A stretch of 54,306 nucleotides of DNA, the filler included, from Bipalium vagum (Eukaryota): the NCBI GenBank assembly GCA_037834085.1. It is 3 parts of 3 records of this genome, joined end to end, with 100 filler letters (N's around TTAATTAATTAA, not from the genome) between each part and the next. Parts side by side here need not be neighbours in the genome. Positions count along the whole stretch, not along the records: positions 16,664 to 35,513 come from JBBMKC010017442.1; positions 35,614 to 54,306 come from JBBMKC010022704.1; 1 more part is not named here. One strand, 5' to 3'. The translations under genes and the position numbers were made by a program. The notes under the pieces were generated by a model that worked only from the letters and a program-made list of their open reading frames with translations, was not told the origin of the DNA and did not search any database. Below are positions 24,101 through 38,434 of this stretch, piece after piece; the stretch's first letter is position 1; each line of letters starts with the position of its first letter.

Positions 24101-27100
24101 ATTTCTGAGTTTATTAATAAGTGCTGATTGAATTAAATTTTTCTATTCAAAATATAAATTTAATTATTTTTTTATCTTATTAAATTTTTTCAAATTTTTA
24201 TAATATTAATATCTAATCTTTTTAAAATCAGGGAGTGAGATATTTGGAACAAAGTATTTATTATTATTCTGGATTTTAAATCTATGTTTACCTGTTTTGG
24301 TTTCGGTTTTCTTTTAGCGTTTTTAGTAATGATTTTAATAATCTCATAAAACTAGTGGCATCTAATGAAAAAAATTGTTTGTTATCTTTTACAAATCTTC
24401 CATCGTATAAAAATCATGTACACTTAAGTTTACTTACATGTTTTATCTTTTTCTTCTCAACTTTAATGATTAGGTTTCTCAGAAAACCAATATTCTTATT
24501 CATTAATTTTTGTTCGGTTTTAGGTTTAATCGCTTTTAAATATTTTTAAAATATTATTCAGTAGTTTTTAAATTATTTTTCTGTAATGACTTATTAACAT
24601 TTACAACAGTCTTATGAAAAAATATAACTATAGTCACTGGTTTTGTTATATTATTATTGTTATTATTATGGATTATTATTTTATCTTTATCAAAATATTG
24701 AATGTATCTCATTTATTTTAGTAGTGGTATATGCTTCATAATATATCTGTTTTTCTAGGAATGAACATATAATTATCTACCGAATACACATATATGATTT
24801 AAAATCAATTATTTTAATCCTCCGATAACATTTTTTTGTAAAATATTTGTTTCTTGTGAGCTTATTTCAAGTGTTTATAATAATAGTTTTTAAATAATTT
24901 TTTTCAATAAAGTAATTTTGAATGAAAGCTAATGTTCTTTTACTTTCCTCAGACATTGTGACCTTTTTAAGTATGAGGTTGTCCAACATGAAATGACCGA
25001 CTTTAGTTTTAATATTTCAAGTATTTGTTAATAATTTTTTATGATAATTATTTTTTAATATATCAAACTGAAGCGTCAATTTTACCTTTTCATTTAATTC
25101 TAAAAGTAAGCAGTTCAATTTAAAATTTCAGGGTTTTTTTGCATTTATTAGGATTTACTTGAACAAAATTTTCGAATTTGTATTTTTATGAATTCAAGCT
25201 TTACATCAATAGTAACTAAAAATATTAATGTCGTATGAATTGATGATTCTGTAATTGAATTATCAGTACAAATGGTTAACCTCATAATTGGTGGACTACC
25301 GGCTACTATCATAAGTAAAGATCATTTGTGAGCAGAAGTCGAAAGCGATACTAGAAAAATAGTTAGAGGATTAGCTGCAGAATTTTCGCCGGTATCTCCA
25401 GTAAAAAAGCTGGATAAATAAATACATCAATTAAATGATAAGCTAGAAAGAATCGATTTTAGATTCTAAATTTGTTCTTCTTTGATTATTTGGAATCTAT
25501 TTTGGTCTTGAATCTAACCTGTGAAGAGAGATGGGTCTTATATGAAAATCTGTGTTGATCAGCCACAATGGTTGTATACGGATGAAAAACCGAAACATGT
25601 GACTAAACAATGTCTTTATCTAAAGATTGTTGAAGGCTTTTGGATAAGACCTGACACCTACGGAAATTATCATAGCTCAGTCATACTGCAATGGAGTTTA
25701 AGTGGTACACAGAAGAAGTGCTGTTATAGAAAGGAAATAATTTTGCTCTACGATAATGCAAGACAACACGTTTCGAAATTAATTGCACAAAAGTTACTTA
25801 ATTTTAACTATAAAGTGTTACTTCATTTAACATATTCACCAGATTTCTTATCACCAAATTACCATATGTTCAGACATGAATACATATCTCGTCAAAAAGA
25901 TAATTGGGAATCAAGAAAATGTCATTCTTCAGTTATTTGAGTCAAGAAATTCTTATTTCTTTAAAAAGAAAATTTTTCTTATTGTCTCGTTGGCTGCAGT
26001 GTATTGGAAAGAATGGAAAATATTTCGATGCATAAACTTTGTTTCATAGCTCTTTTTGAATTAGTTTAGTTACATTTTAAAAACCACTATTTCATGTGAA
26101 AACCTGATATATCTCTTTAAATTATTTTCAAAATTGTGAAATGAAAATTAATTATGGTTAATTCTTCCAATTTTAATTTTTTCAGATAATGGATGACAAT
26201 AAGAAAAATAAGTCTTCTGCACATCAAAGAGAAGTGTTTCTGTTCAACGATTTGTTAGTGATAACCAAGCTGCAGAACAAATCCAGAAAGGATGATCTTT
26301 ACCAATGTCGATATGCCTTGCCGTTGGTGGAATTACAAGTGACTCAGTTCAGAACTGCAAGTTTGTCTTTATATTTTCATTATTTATTTTCACAATAGAA
26401 AATTCGTTCAAATTTTTCGTTCAGAAAAAATTTTAAATATCATTTCTTGATAGATACATATAACTTTTGTATGTTAGTTTATTTTAATTTTCACTCTTAA
26501 TTGAACGAATCGATTATTAAGATATTATATGGTAAGTTCTTAGAAATGTAAATAGTGGAACTTTGAAAATCTGTTTATTAATTTAACCCCGAATGTTGAA
26601 ATCCGACAACATCGTTTTGATATTTGTCAAGATATATGAATATTTTTGAATGTTTGCGAGGACTTTTTGGATAATATCATCACACTAGATATAGCTTCTT
26701 TTGAGTTAAAAAGAACCTAATGATCTAGCAGTATACTATACAAACCTCAAGGTTTCCTTAAGACAGCTTTCTTGTATCTTGTATATCACTGGAAAAAAAA
26801 CATTTACTTGAAAAGAAATTATTTTCAGAAATAGTGTCTATGCTAGTATGTTTTATTTTCCAAATATTAGTTTTGTATGTCTACACAAATTACGAGGAAA
26901 ACATTTTCACAATGATGATACAGTGAAATAAGCGGTGCAAGATTTCTTGAAATCAAAAGACAAAAACCTCTTTGCTAAAGAAATGCAGAAGTTAGTTGAC
27001 AGATGGACGAAATGAATCGTAAAAAGTGGTGGTTATGTTGAAAAATAATTGTTTGCATATGTTAAAATCTTTGCAAATAAAATAATATAAAGCGTGTATC

Positions 27101-30100
27101 TTTACTTTTTGATTCACCCTTGTACATTCCACATAAAAAAATGTAAATAACATTTATCTCCAAATGAAAATCCATCACCTCCATGATGTTCTAACAAATC
27201 ATGGTGAATGTGTTCGGATTACAAATTCAGAGCGGTCCAAAGTATTATCAACTCTGACCAGTTTTATGCTAAGAGGATATCGAGAATATTTATAATCTAA
27301 ATCGGTTCATCTCAGCAAACCAACAACAAAATTTAAGTGTGTATATCTGAATCTGTCTTGGATATCGAACCTAGTTTCTTTGGGTTATTGAATCATCTCA
27401 AAAACATTTTTTTCAGATTTAGTTCAAACCAAAATCTGAAAGAAAATATAAAAACGTTCTTTAAGGATAACTAGAATTGTATACTCGAAATAGACATCAA
27501 ATATATGGTTGATTGTTGAGGAGAGCGCATCAGTATGACTTTGAGTTAAGTAGAAAGAACAGCGTTCGAAGTTTGAAAATAAATATTTTGTTGAACTCAC
27601 CTTATCACATCTGATTGACCTTAAGGACTTACCAGCTCCAAAGCCTGTGATGTTCAATCTAATACAAATAAATTACAAATTCACTGTTCAAAGCTTGACC
27701 GACTTTGAATTTTAACCTAAAATCTTGAATTTATTATTTATAAACTTATTATTATTAAATTAATTGTTTTTATAATTAATTTTTATTTGGTCTTAATTAG
27801 TATTATTAAAATATTGCCATGGGTTAACCTTTTTTTAGCAGTCTTAAACTCGGAGATTTTTTTGGAAGAACATTATTGTTTTTCCACGTTTTCAAATTTT
27901 TTAGTTCTTTTGAAAAAAGTCTAGAAGTGAATATTTTTATCTTAGATTTATACACTATTAAATCGTGATTGGTACTTTTTTGTTCAAATTTAGGATAGAC
28001 TTTAGTTAAAAGTTGATGTAGTTTTTGGTATTTATATTCAAGCTTAAGTAATTTTTTTAATGAATAAATATTGATTAGAACTATTTTTAAAATTGAACTT
28101 TATTTCTAATAATAGATTATATTGATTTTTAACCTTATATGATTGTTTTTATTAAATTTAAAAGTTTCTTAATTTAAGACTTAAATCGATATTCATTCAT
28201 TAGATCAGAAGGATTTGAAAATATTGGTGTTTGTAATTAAAATTTAAAATAAATGTTTTCTCTCTTATTATTCCATATTATTGAAGAATTAAAATTTCCT
28301 TCTCCTTTTAAAGAGAGAAAAATATATTAACTGATTTGTTTTTATAATTGACATAAATTGTTATTCTTGAGATTGTATGATTAATTTTTCTTAAAAAATA
28401 TCCTTATTATTCGAGAAATTAGAGCTAAAACATCTTAGTAAATAAATTTTTTATTTAGATAAAAATATTTTGAAATTTTGTATATTTTACTTTTTTTTTA
28501 ATGAAGACAATCATTGATATGTTTTATTTTCTTGGGATTTAAGTCGATGAAAAATTTAGAAGACCAAGGTTACGATATTATTAATATATTTTCAAGATAA
28601 CCAAAATGTTTATTAATGAAAAATCTATTATATTTATTCTTATATTTGATTTTCCTTTTATAAAAATATTCAGATTTTTTTCTATTTCTCATCAATGCCA
28701 TTTCAAGTTTATTAATTCTAAATGATTTCCAGTTATATAATTTTCATTAAAATCGTTTAAGTGTTTTATATATAATACGACATTTAGAAAAAAATAAGTA
28801 AAACGATGCACCACACTTTAAACTAATGTATTATTTTTTAAAATCTATTTGTCAATAAACGAATTTCAAATGTACTTTAAAAAAATCCTTAAATTAATTT
28901 TTTTATTAAAAATTAAGTTAACAATATAATCAATAATGTATCTGTTTAGAATTATATTTTGTTCCTGATTTTTTATTCATTAAATTCATCCTTAAATTTT
29001 TCTGTCAAATTACCGAATTACAAGCTTTACAAAAGGTCTCATAACGAAATAAAATAAGATAATAATTTTAACGCTATCCTAATAAAACAAGTGGACAATA
29101 TAACATAAAATCCTACCTATTAGTTTTTTATAAATATCATATATATCATAACAAGTCATAATTCATAATTCATCTATTATTATTTATTATTTATAATTTA
29201 CCATGACAAGCTTGAGATATATAATCATTTTATAACCTCTGGACTAGCAACTAATCGAACTAATTTTGCTGATAACCAAATAACATAAATTTATTCTCTG
29301 ATCAATGATAAAGCTCACAAGTAGTTCTATTATAGAAAATTTTCGTATTTTGATCATATCTTAGTATTATATAAAGCAATTTTTAAAAATATTATTTCCA
29401 TAAACTATATTACTAATCCATATTCGACATAAGGCTTTATATGGTTTGATCTTTGAATTTGGCGAATAATAAAAATAATAATCATCATAATAAAATTTTC
29501 AAATTTAAGATTAGTTAATTTGCATTTTCAATAAATTGTGTACTTATATTCATTTCTTAACATATTTAATTTGAAGCACTAAAACCTTGTGGATTTAGTA
29601 TAAATATAGTATATTAAATTTAATAAAAGTTGATTTAAGAACTTTAATTTAGAAGAAAATCGATTAAGGACGTATTTATTTTTGTTAGAATATTATTTGA
29701 TACTATAAAATTCTTCTTTACAAGAGGTTGCCATAGAAAATGACAGGTAAATTAAATGTTTTTTGAGTAATTAATTATATCAAAACATGCTTATTTATTA
29801 TCATATTTTAAACTAAAGTTTTTTAATTATAATTATTAATTTTAAAAAAGGAGATTTCTGTTAATATTTTCTTATCAAGTATAGGATATCTAAAAAAAAT
29901 CTTTTATTAAAGAAAACCAACTTTTTTGGCCTACTTGATTCAATTAATATTTTCTTTAAATATTTTAACAAAAAGTTAAAATTTTAAATTGAATTTTTCA
30001 ATTATTTGTTATTAAAAATTCTGAAATCATTATTGATTATTAATAAAAAAAATTTTGGCAAAGAAATCGAACTTATTTTCAAATTGGTAAAATTATACTG

Positions 30101-33100
30101 GAAAATGGAAGTTGTGAACGAGAATAATAAATAAATGAATATTTTAATTATCATATTTAAATAATACATTAAATGAACTGTTAGTGGGTTATTAATAACT
30201 TAAACAATGACGTAATGAAAACTGTTCTATTGACGAAAGCTTATTGACTGTTGTGCTAATGTCAATGAAAATTTGTCTGTTATTATAATATTCTCTATTA
30301 ATAGTTAAAGCGTCATAGATTTATCTTGATGGAAGACAAAATTTCTTTTCAATAATTAATTTGTAATTTAATTATTGATTTTCAATAAAATTAACTTTTA
30401 AGAAAATATAACTTACAAATAATCAATTTATCTAAAATATCATTGGTTTTTCTATAAAATACAAAAGATATTGATTGATCATATTGATTTCATGTATTGG
30501 TTTTTTCAAAAACTGTAATTGAAAGGATATTTTTATAATATCAATTAAAAATGATTTTGTATTTTTCAAATTACAATTTCTTTATCATGAAGTTTTAGAA
30601 ATATTTGTCTGACTATTAAAAAATAAAACATTGGGCTTATTAAATATTAATAATTATTATGATTCATTATTATAAATATCAGATTTGATTGAACCTTAGA
30701 TCGACATTTTCAACTTTGTTCTTCTTACGTAATTTGTCAAATTGTCACTATTGATCCTTTGAACCATTTACTTAAAAATAAAGTCAACAAATTTGATTCA
30801 CTCAAATATAAATATTAGATTTCGATTTGTAGAATGATTCCTGTCATAGTTTACGCCTTTTAAATGTTAACTTAAAATTGTAAACCTTTCTATTTTGAAT
30901 ATTTTTTAAATATTCATAGATTTACATTGTTTCTTTTTCAAAAATTCTTTCATTTTGTTTTATTACATTCAATTTCTTATTAGCGAATAACCAAACGACC
31001 AAATGAAATAGCAAAATATGCTTTTTTGATTTGTTGAAAATTCATATTTTCATAAAAAACAATTTTACCGTTCTATAGTTTATCATTTTCAAAGAAGATT
31101 TTTCACTTAACTTAAAATATTTTTTTTAAAAATTTCATTTGAAATTTTACTTATGATTCAATAACTTCTGAAAAAAAATTATTCTCTGTTAAAAATAGAT
31201 TTTTTCTTTTATAGAGTTTTTAGTTTTTCTTTTATTACGTTACTTAGTTTCCTATTACCAATTTGAATTCGATTCGACTCATCATAAACCCTGTCTTTAA
31301 ATTTAATGGTCAACTTCTATTTCTACAGATGTGTGTTTGTCTTGTGATTTTGAAAAAAACTTATTTTTAATGTTTTTAAAGTAAATTTTTTTCATTATTT
31401 TAAAATCTTGATTTCATTTTTTATTAATATTTTTAATAATAATAATTTATATCATTTATTTCACCATAATTTTAAATTTTATTCAACGCTCAATATATTC
31501 GTATTCAAATTTCTTTCATAATATTGCCAGTTTTTAATTTAATTTCTTCCAATAAATCCTGTTCTTTCAATTCTTAAGACTCCTGATACTGACACTCGTG
31601 TTATTTCTTTTATGAAGCTGGGGAATCAATAGTTTTTCTTAATGATGTTGCTTGTTAATTGGATTTATCAAAGATTTTTTTGCATTTCAACAGTGTTGGG
31701 CAACAGATAAAGTTATGATAGAATTGTATTATTTAGATAAACCTTTAGTGAATTAATTTGAAAATTGCACATATAATTTTTATTATTAAGGGAATAAGAA
31801 ACTATTTGTTCTCAACACTCATGTTTGTTTTTTCTAAAATGGATTTTTTCATAATCGATCCAAGTAACAAAATGTTTTTTCATTCTTTCAAAGTAACATT
31901 GATAAAAATTGATCAAGCATTAAGAATAAAATAGTTTTAAAAAAAGCTAAAATCTATTTTCAGAATTAAAATTGTTTTGGTGATAGTTGTCTGTAATTCT
32001 TTTGTTGATGTATAATAATAATACATGTTTTTTCTTATGATTAAATTAATTAAAAACTGACTTAAAACAATAAAAAATTCTGGTATTCATTTTTAATATC
32101 ATATTAATGCAACTTCCATTAATATTATTGATAATATAAAAAAATATTAAAAGCACGTCATAATAAATTTAAAATTTTAACAAATTAGATGCGTAATATT
32201 TGCAACAATTTCGTTTAATTAATTTGAATTTCTTAAAAAATTTTCGTTTAATTTCAGTTCGCTATTTTGTTTTTAAAGTCAATTAATCTTTTTAAATAAG
32301 GTAATGAAATGTCATATTAAATTATTTACCGTGGGGTCATTTATGAATTAATTGATGATAGTTAATATTAAAGTTAAGCAGTTTTAAATAAGACCTTTCA
32401 ATAATTAAGGACGTCTTTTTTCCGTTAATAAACTTTCCATATGAAGTTATAAGTTTGTAATTAAAATATTTATACTTATAAAATCAATATGATTTCACAT
32501 GTATAAGAACATAATGTTGATTCTAATTTCTCAGAAGACACCGAAAACTTCATTTTGTGCATATTAATAAGATATTTAGCACTTTTGACTTTAAAAAGTC
32601 TTATTTTCGTTATTTAGAATTCGAAAGTTGTTCGTTGTCTTGTTCGAAAGTTTTATTTTCTCCGACTAAAAGCTCAGTTTAAAAATTGTTCTTTTCACAA
32701 GAAATAAAAAATCAATTTTTAACAAATTATCATTTCTAATAGATTTTGAATTTTAATAATGAAAAATAATTCAATCTTCTTTATTACTAAATTTATAAAT
32801 CAGTTTACGAATTATAAATAAAAATCCAAGAAAAATATAAATCTGCATTTTAATTGTTAATTTTTATTTCCTATAGAGAAATTATCGTTATATTTATTGA
32901 TAAAAAAAATCAAAGAATTTTCATTGTTTTCAATAAATTAATAAATTTTGTTTCATAATATTAGTTCTTCGACTTACATTTTCCTAAAATTTGAAATATT
33001 GGCCTTTTTCAGTGAATTTTTTTTCATTTAATTATATTTATTGATTCTTTTGGTTCCCTAAAAAATTTGAAATTATTCAGTTCCAAACATTCAAATTTAG

Positions 33101-34347
33101 CAATATCCACTAAAATTGAATCTTTTACATTAAACAGAAAAATGTTAATATTTAAATATTAAATGTGATTAAAAACTTTTTTCAATGTTCTCATTTACAT
33201 CTCTCAATTTAATTTTCTAGTAAGAACTGCAGTTCCGAACAGAATATTAAATTTCAAAAAAATCCATAAATTGAATATCTGCTTAAATGCATGTTAACTT
33301 GTTTGTACATTTTAAATGCAAAATTTGACAAACCGTACAGTTATTCAGTTCTTGTTTAAAAAATGATTAAATGCTAAAGAAATTCATTCGAATATGGTAA
33401 ATGTCTTAAGTGAATGGACGTAATTCATATACTAGATTGAAAAATTGAGTCACTACATTCGAATATTATCGTACATCGACGAAGATGATCTACAAAATGG
33501 AACTCTAAATTTATTAATAAAACCCTTGAAGCTGTTTGTAAAACACAAGACATACATACTTGTGAATTAGATCATAAAAGATAGTCTCGGATGAACGTAA
33601 ACATCATATTTTGAAACATGAATCACATGAAAAATATTTTGCATTCCTTAATTCAATAAAAACGGATGGGAAAGAATTTTCAGAAGTGTTTGAAGCGTTG
33701 TAAGCAGAATAAAACCGATCTCAAGTACCATTTTAAAACTGCCGATGACACATAGATCTATCATCATGATCTTAAATCAAAATCAAACCGATGCGGTGTA
33801 CAGAAGCTGGATGTTTATTGTAAAAATTAAATAAAGTGTTTTAAAATCTCAATTTCTTTACTTTTACTAAAATTGCCTTCGTTGTTCGAATAAATAAAAA
33901 CTGAGAATTGTATAATTTTCCTTTTTACGTTTTAACCACAGTTTTGAGGATTTTTGTTATATGTTACCTTAATAGTTTATATATTATGTTTATCTGAAAT
34001 TTTTGAAATATTGAAATTTTAAATCGGTGATTTGTTTTCAGATTGCGAGTTTGGAATACATCTTCTTAGAAAAAAAACTAACGAAACAATCATAAAACTT
34101 AATGCACTTTGCCAACTGGATCAGAGAAAATTCTTTTTCGACCTAAATGATTGCATCTTCGAGTCTTTAGAGATGCTTAGAATTAGTCAGAGCGAAAGTT
34201 TATCCCACACTCATTCCCACCCAGAATTAAGTAGTCCCAAGATCAGCCCAAATAATCTTGCCAATCAAAAAGGTACTTGTTTTCAAAAGGTCAATAGTAA
34301 TGTTACTCCGAATCCTCCGCGTCGTCATGAATCGTTGGTTAAGAACG
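18196..34347 (+). CDS. IQSEC: IQSEC/BRAG/schizo-type Arf guanine-nucleotide exchange factor (Sec7 + PH), partial
   Basis: Phase-consistent GT-AG exons: 18196-18357, 18400-18481, 21387-21600, 21645-21829, 26186-26360, 34042-34347. Spliced motifs: VGDYIG, HLP|GESQKI, VLAYAIIMLQTDAHN, FVNNLRGVD, RRFMCYCRLSE|I, HQREVFLFNDLLVITK (IQSEC PH signature), QRKFFFDLNDCIFE. The 5' (IQ) and 3' exons were not identified. Confidence 0.9.
22684..23538 (-). mobile_element. DD37D (maT/Bmmar1-like) element, internally deleted, intronic
   Basis: TA-flanked imperfect TIRs catggtcatcgagataaatccggaaa / tttttcggatttatgtcgacgaccctg. ORF 22853-23200 has FQQD-x37-D (WPPSNPDCNRLDYYLW). Confidence 0.88.
24315..24548 (+). 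repeat. Dispersed repeat, second copy of 17915-18135
   Basis: Shared core ttttacaaatcttccatcgtataaaaatcatgtacacttaagtttacttacatgttttatctttttcttctcaacttt with similar flanks. Confidence 0.9.
24972..26108 (+). mobile_element. Decayed mariner, intronic
   Basis: IILLYDNARQH and LHLTYSPDFLSPNYHMF motifs in ORF 25521-25940. RW..C....GKYF end. Degenerate TIRs tatgaggttgtccaacatgaaat / atttcatgtgaaaacctgata. Confidence 0.8.
26540..27124 (+). mobile_element. Decayed mariner (irritans-like) fragment, intronic
   Basis: LRGKHF.ND..VK.AV..FL...D..F....M.KLVDRWTK*IVKSGGYVEK* at about 26890-27048, and terminus tttactttttgattcacccttgta. Confidence 0.7.
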
Positions 34348-34594
34348 GTAAGAAAATAGTTGACGTTTATTGATAAATATTGATATTATTTCTGTTCACA
34401 TTTCTGATTTTTTATAGCATAATGGATATTTTATGGTTTTAATATAATGAGATTTTTAATTTTTGGGAGTTTTAACTTTTAACGGATCAATTTATTAGGT
34501 TGAGGGCATAATTATTACTTATTTCTATATACAACTTTTATAGAAAAATTCTATTAAGATTTCAATTAATATTTTTGTAATTATTGATTTATAA

Positions 34595-34900
34595 TATTAG
34601 GCTGAGGTAAGCTTCTATTGAAACAAACCTTATTTTATTATTTTATGTTTGTTTGAATAATTATAAAACTTGGCATGAAACAATGACAACAGCACAAATC
34701 CGAAATGAATTTAAATTAAAGAAAAATGCACCAGAGAATGCTTGCAATGTTTGCCAGGTATGGGGCAGAGTCAATTATAAAACGAGATGATCAGGGTTAG
34801 TGCAAAAGATTCAGTTCTGGAGACATGCTTATTCAATACGAGTGTCATTCAGGGCGACTACAAGCTATTGATTACAGGCATTCAAAAATTAACTTGTGAC
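34595..34900 (+). mobile_element. Decayed mariner 5' fragment
   Basis: EFKLKKNAPENACNVCQVWG and KRFSSGD...ECHSGR HTH-like remnants after a tattaggctg terminus. Confidence 0.55.
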
Positions 34901-35311
34901 TATACTTTTATCTACACGAAAATAGTATCAAAGATTTTTTAAATTCAAAAGACTTTAAACCTTAAAAAAGATCTTTAAAATTCAAAAAAATTGAGAAATA
35001 AATGACCATTTGGGATGGATTTTCATCGATTATTACTTTGAAAACGCTTGAGTTAATCTAGCTAGAACAACCGGGAGGTTCATCAAAATCTCCGGTACGA
35101 AATTTCGAAATTCATTTCTAGGAGGCATACGATCTGTTTGCACATCATCTCCCGATATACATGAAAGCTTTTTATAATTATTAGCACCTTGGAAAACTCT
35201 TTGCTAATTATCAAATATTGAAAAGAAGGCAATAAAAATAATTTACCTTTTATTATTAGTTTTAAATAAGTATCATGATTAACAAAATATTTTTTTAAAA
35301 TTAATGTTATA

Positions 35312-35513
35312 CAGGGTGGTCACTAAAAGACATACCAATTTAAAATTGATCTGAAAATGAAAATATAAATTATTTTTTTAAAATTTTTTTTAGATAATAT
35401 AAAGCATTTCTTAGAATTTAAATGAATGTTTATAAAATTCCACACCGAGTAAAACTCATTGAGTTATACTATGCAAATGAAAAGTCAATTATTAAAACCC
35501 AAAGAAAATATCG
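35312..35513 (+). mobile_element. 5' end of a Tc1/mariner-superfamily element (DD41D-like), cut by the join
   Basis: TA-CAGGGTGG terminus. ATG 35422 gives MNVYKIPHRVKLIELYYANEKSIIKTQRKY, resembling DD41D N-termini. Subfamily is inferred from this short stretch only. Confidence 0.55.
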
Positions 35514-35613
35514 NNNNNNNNNNNNNNNNNNNNNNNNNNNNNNNNNNNNNNNNNNNNTTAATTAATTAANNNNNNNNNNNNNNNNNNNNNNNNNNNNNNN
35601 NNNNNNNNNNNNN
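35514..35613. other. Artificial 100-bp spacer N44-TTAATTAATTAA-N44
   Basis: Same structure as 16564-16663. Confidence 0.95.
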
Positions 35614-35671
<58 letters not shown>

Positions 35672-35694
35672 TAATAATAATAATAATTAATAAT
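35614..35694. repeat. (TAA)n microsatellite at contig start
   Basis: Long TAA run directly visible. Confidence 0.95.
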
Positions 35695-35749
35695 TCAGTT
35701 TTAATTATAATCCTAAAGATCAACAATTATTACAAAACCAAATAGCCGT

Positions 35750-36600
35750 GAGTTTTCAATGACTTTCTTAATTTCTCAGCTCTGTCTGCAATTCAGTAAG
35801 CTTTAAAATGCAACTTAGAATAGTGCAAGGCCTTTCAATTTAATAGGATCACCTCAAAGTGTTCTTTGTATCGATATCAAAAAATATGCCAATCGAACAC
35901 CAATTGTTACAACGTGACGATATTAATCAATAATAAATTCAACAACGAGGTACGTTTATTCTGAAAGGTTATCATTATTCATTTCCTTTTTTATTTTGGT
36001 TCCTACGTTAACATCCCAGCCTATAAAGAATTTAAATATTTCTTTTGATATGGGATCTCCCGGAGTGTTGAACATCATTGAAAAAAACTAAGGCCATGCC
36101 AATAATGACAGATGACAGCGGTTTGTCATAATATTTTTAGGATCGTATGGCAAAAGCAAACTTGCTGCTTTCGGTACTTTTTCAATAGGTTATAAATTTA
36201 ATGTCGGAGTCACAAAATTTGAATTCTTGGCAAATAATATCGTGACATTCTTGACAAGTGGGATCTGCACTGCCTATAGACAATGCTATCATCCTGTTAA
36301 GGATTATAAGAAATATTTAGGGGTGCAGAACCAAGTCTTTGGAGTACTTGGAAATGAAAAATTTGATTTGGATAACCTGAGAAAAGAGATAAATAAAAAT
36401 AATTGGCATTTTATAATTTCAGGAACTTTTCATAGAGATGAAGTGTCAAAATCGTCTCAAAGTTTGACAGAGCTCTATGAAGTCTGTATAAATAAGGCCA
36501 GAGGTAAAAGGCATTGGTTTATATGAGGAAACGTTTGTCAAAACATCACAATATATAAATCAGCAAAGTGTTACGAAGGCATGAAATTCTGAACTGTAAA
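35750..36600 (+). mobile_element. Decayed non-LTR retrotransposon RT fragment
   Basis: Ordered weak RT remnants: IDIKK (about 35870), I.KG (about 35960), MTDD (about 36104) and YKKYLGV in ORF 36227-36526. Confidence 0.4.
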
Positions 36601-37729
36601 CGTTACCATGTGACAATTTGACACCCATTTAAATATTTTATTACTTTAATGTTCTATTAATAAATAAATAATTTCTGTCACTCTTCTCTTCTTTCGTAAT
36701 GTTTAAACTCCCGATTTGTCACAGTGCTCTTGCGTTCCTTTTTTATTATATTTTGATGTATTTTCTCATTTAGTGATATTATATTATTTTTAAGTTAAGT
36801 CGTACTGGTCCTAAAGTAAGAAATGGGACCTTTGGTATGAAGTTATAGGACACTTAATAGAGAGAAGGGAGAACCCAAGAGTTGGACCTCATACCAATCG
36901 AGCGGTTATCATTTAAAACCTTCTCATGAGATTATTTGCAATGTGTAAACTGGTCAAGATATGACTATAAACTGGTGTAGGGTGAATATAGTCTTGTCGT
37001 GAACATGGTAATCCAAATCGACCATCAGCTTTGAAAGGAGCTCACAATCCCAACTCCAAGAGCCAGCAATGAATCAGTGAGTATACCGTCAACCACTGTT
37101 GAGTCATCAGGGTCGTTTCCCTCCAAAAATAAAATAATTCACGCGACATTTTTGTCAAAAATTAGAAATAATAATATAAATAATAATTAATAAATAATAA
37201 AAATAATTTTTTTAATATTTCCCATTAAACAATTTACGACAGGCAATATTACTCATGTTACATTGCAAACACCGAACATGTTAAGGTGTACATTAATTGA
37301 GGAAATCCGTAATTTATCAAAGGCACTTAGAAAATATATTCAATTAGGCATGACTAAGTCGCTAAGACACCTTCAGAGTGCGATTAAGGCGTAGATGGCA
37401 GAGAAGGTGTTGGATGCATCTTTTACTGGGACTTTCGGAAATTGAATACACAATAGATCCAAAAATAAACCATTTTAATTGGTTTTTATAATAATATGTA
37501 TAATGACGATAAGAGATTATTATATAATGATTATATTTTATACTTTTCAGCCTTACTGTGATATAATATAAATAGTAAAATGTGTGACTTTAAGGGATCA
37601 CATCTAATATCGTTTTAGAGGCACCTTTTAACACAAGATGGTTAACCAAACAGTCTCCTACAAAGGATGGGTTAGGCATCACACATGAAAACAGATTTTT
37701 TAAAAAAATTGACCACGACCTGTTTAAAC

Positions 37730-38186
37730 CAGGGATGTCAAACCTACGACCCACGGGTCGCATTGTGACCCACTACATGTTAAAATGCGGCCCACTATCG
37801 ACTTGTCTTTGATCTATATAGGCACCTACGCATGTGTGGATTTATTTGTGCTTGACTTTAACTAGCGACAAGTGTATCTTATCCTGAATTGATCCCTTCT
37901 GACGGCCATTCAAAGTGGTATCTGCACATGCGCTTCAAAGCGAATTGAACTACTTATGAGCGAGAAGTGACGTTCAGCTGACAGCTGAGAATGTAAACAT
38001 AAAAATAACCTGTTATAACATCACATTTGATCACAATCGTATACGCTCCTACAACTCACCAATTAAATTTCAATATTATTGTTCGCAAAAATTAGAGGCC
38101 ATTTCCTAGCCAGGCTTAACATATTTTAGTAATTTTTCGGCGCAGTTAAATATTTATGTTTACAACTAAAAGGTTGGACATCCCTG
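37730..38186. mobile_element. Non-autonomous hAT (Charlie-like) MITE, 457 bp
   Basis: TIRs cagggatgtcaaacct / aggttggacatccctg (15/16 match). The 8-bp flanks gtttaaac / gattagac (6/8 match) are a degenerate target-site duplication. Confidence 0.85.
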
Positions 38187-38434
38187 GATTAGACCATATT
38201 TCTCCATTTTATGTCACTGAAAATTGAAGGGCAACTAAAGAGAAGCTGGTGTATTGACATTTTTAGAATAAAATTAGAAAGGGTGGAGATTTAGAAATAA
38301 GGATTACAGCTGTTGAGAAATCGTTGTCCCTATACAATACGTACTAAGTTGGTGTCATCACAAAACACAAGTGATGTGATGCCACCATCTGAAGTAGGTT
38401 CGAATTGACTTCTTCTTCAAGAGAATTCATGGAA

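Noticed and set aside
27200-34000. Hidden genes in the 7.7-kb intron
   Set aside because: Very AT-rich with no credible ORF or motif; flanking exons join in phase without it.
37085-37125. CTGATGA followed by a small hairpin on the minus strand
   Set aside because: No GAAA after the stem, so it is not a hammerhead.
37385-37450. tRNA/SINE-like A-box (GTAGATGGCAGAG..GG)
   Set aside because: No B-box or cloverleaf.
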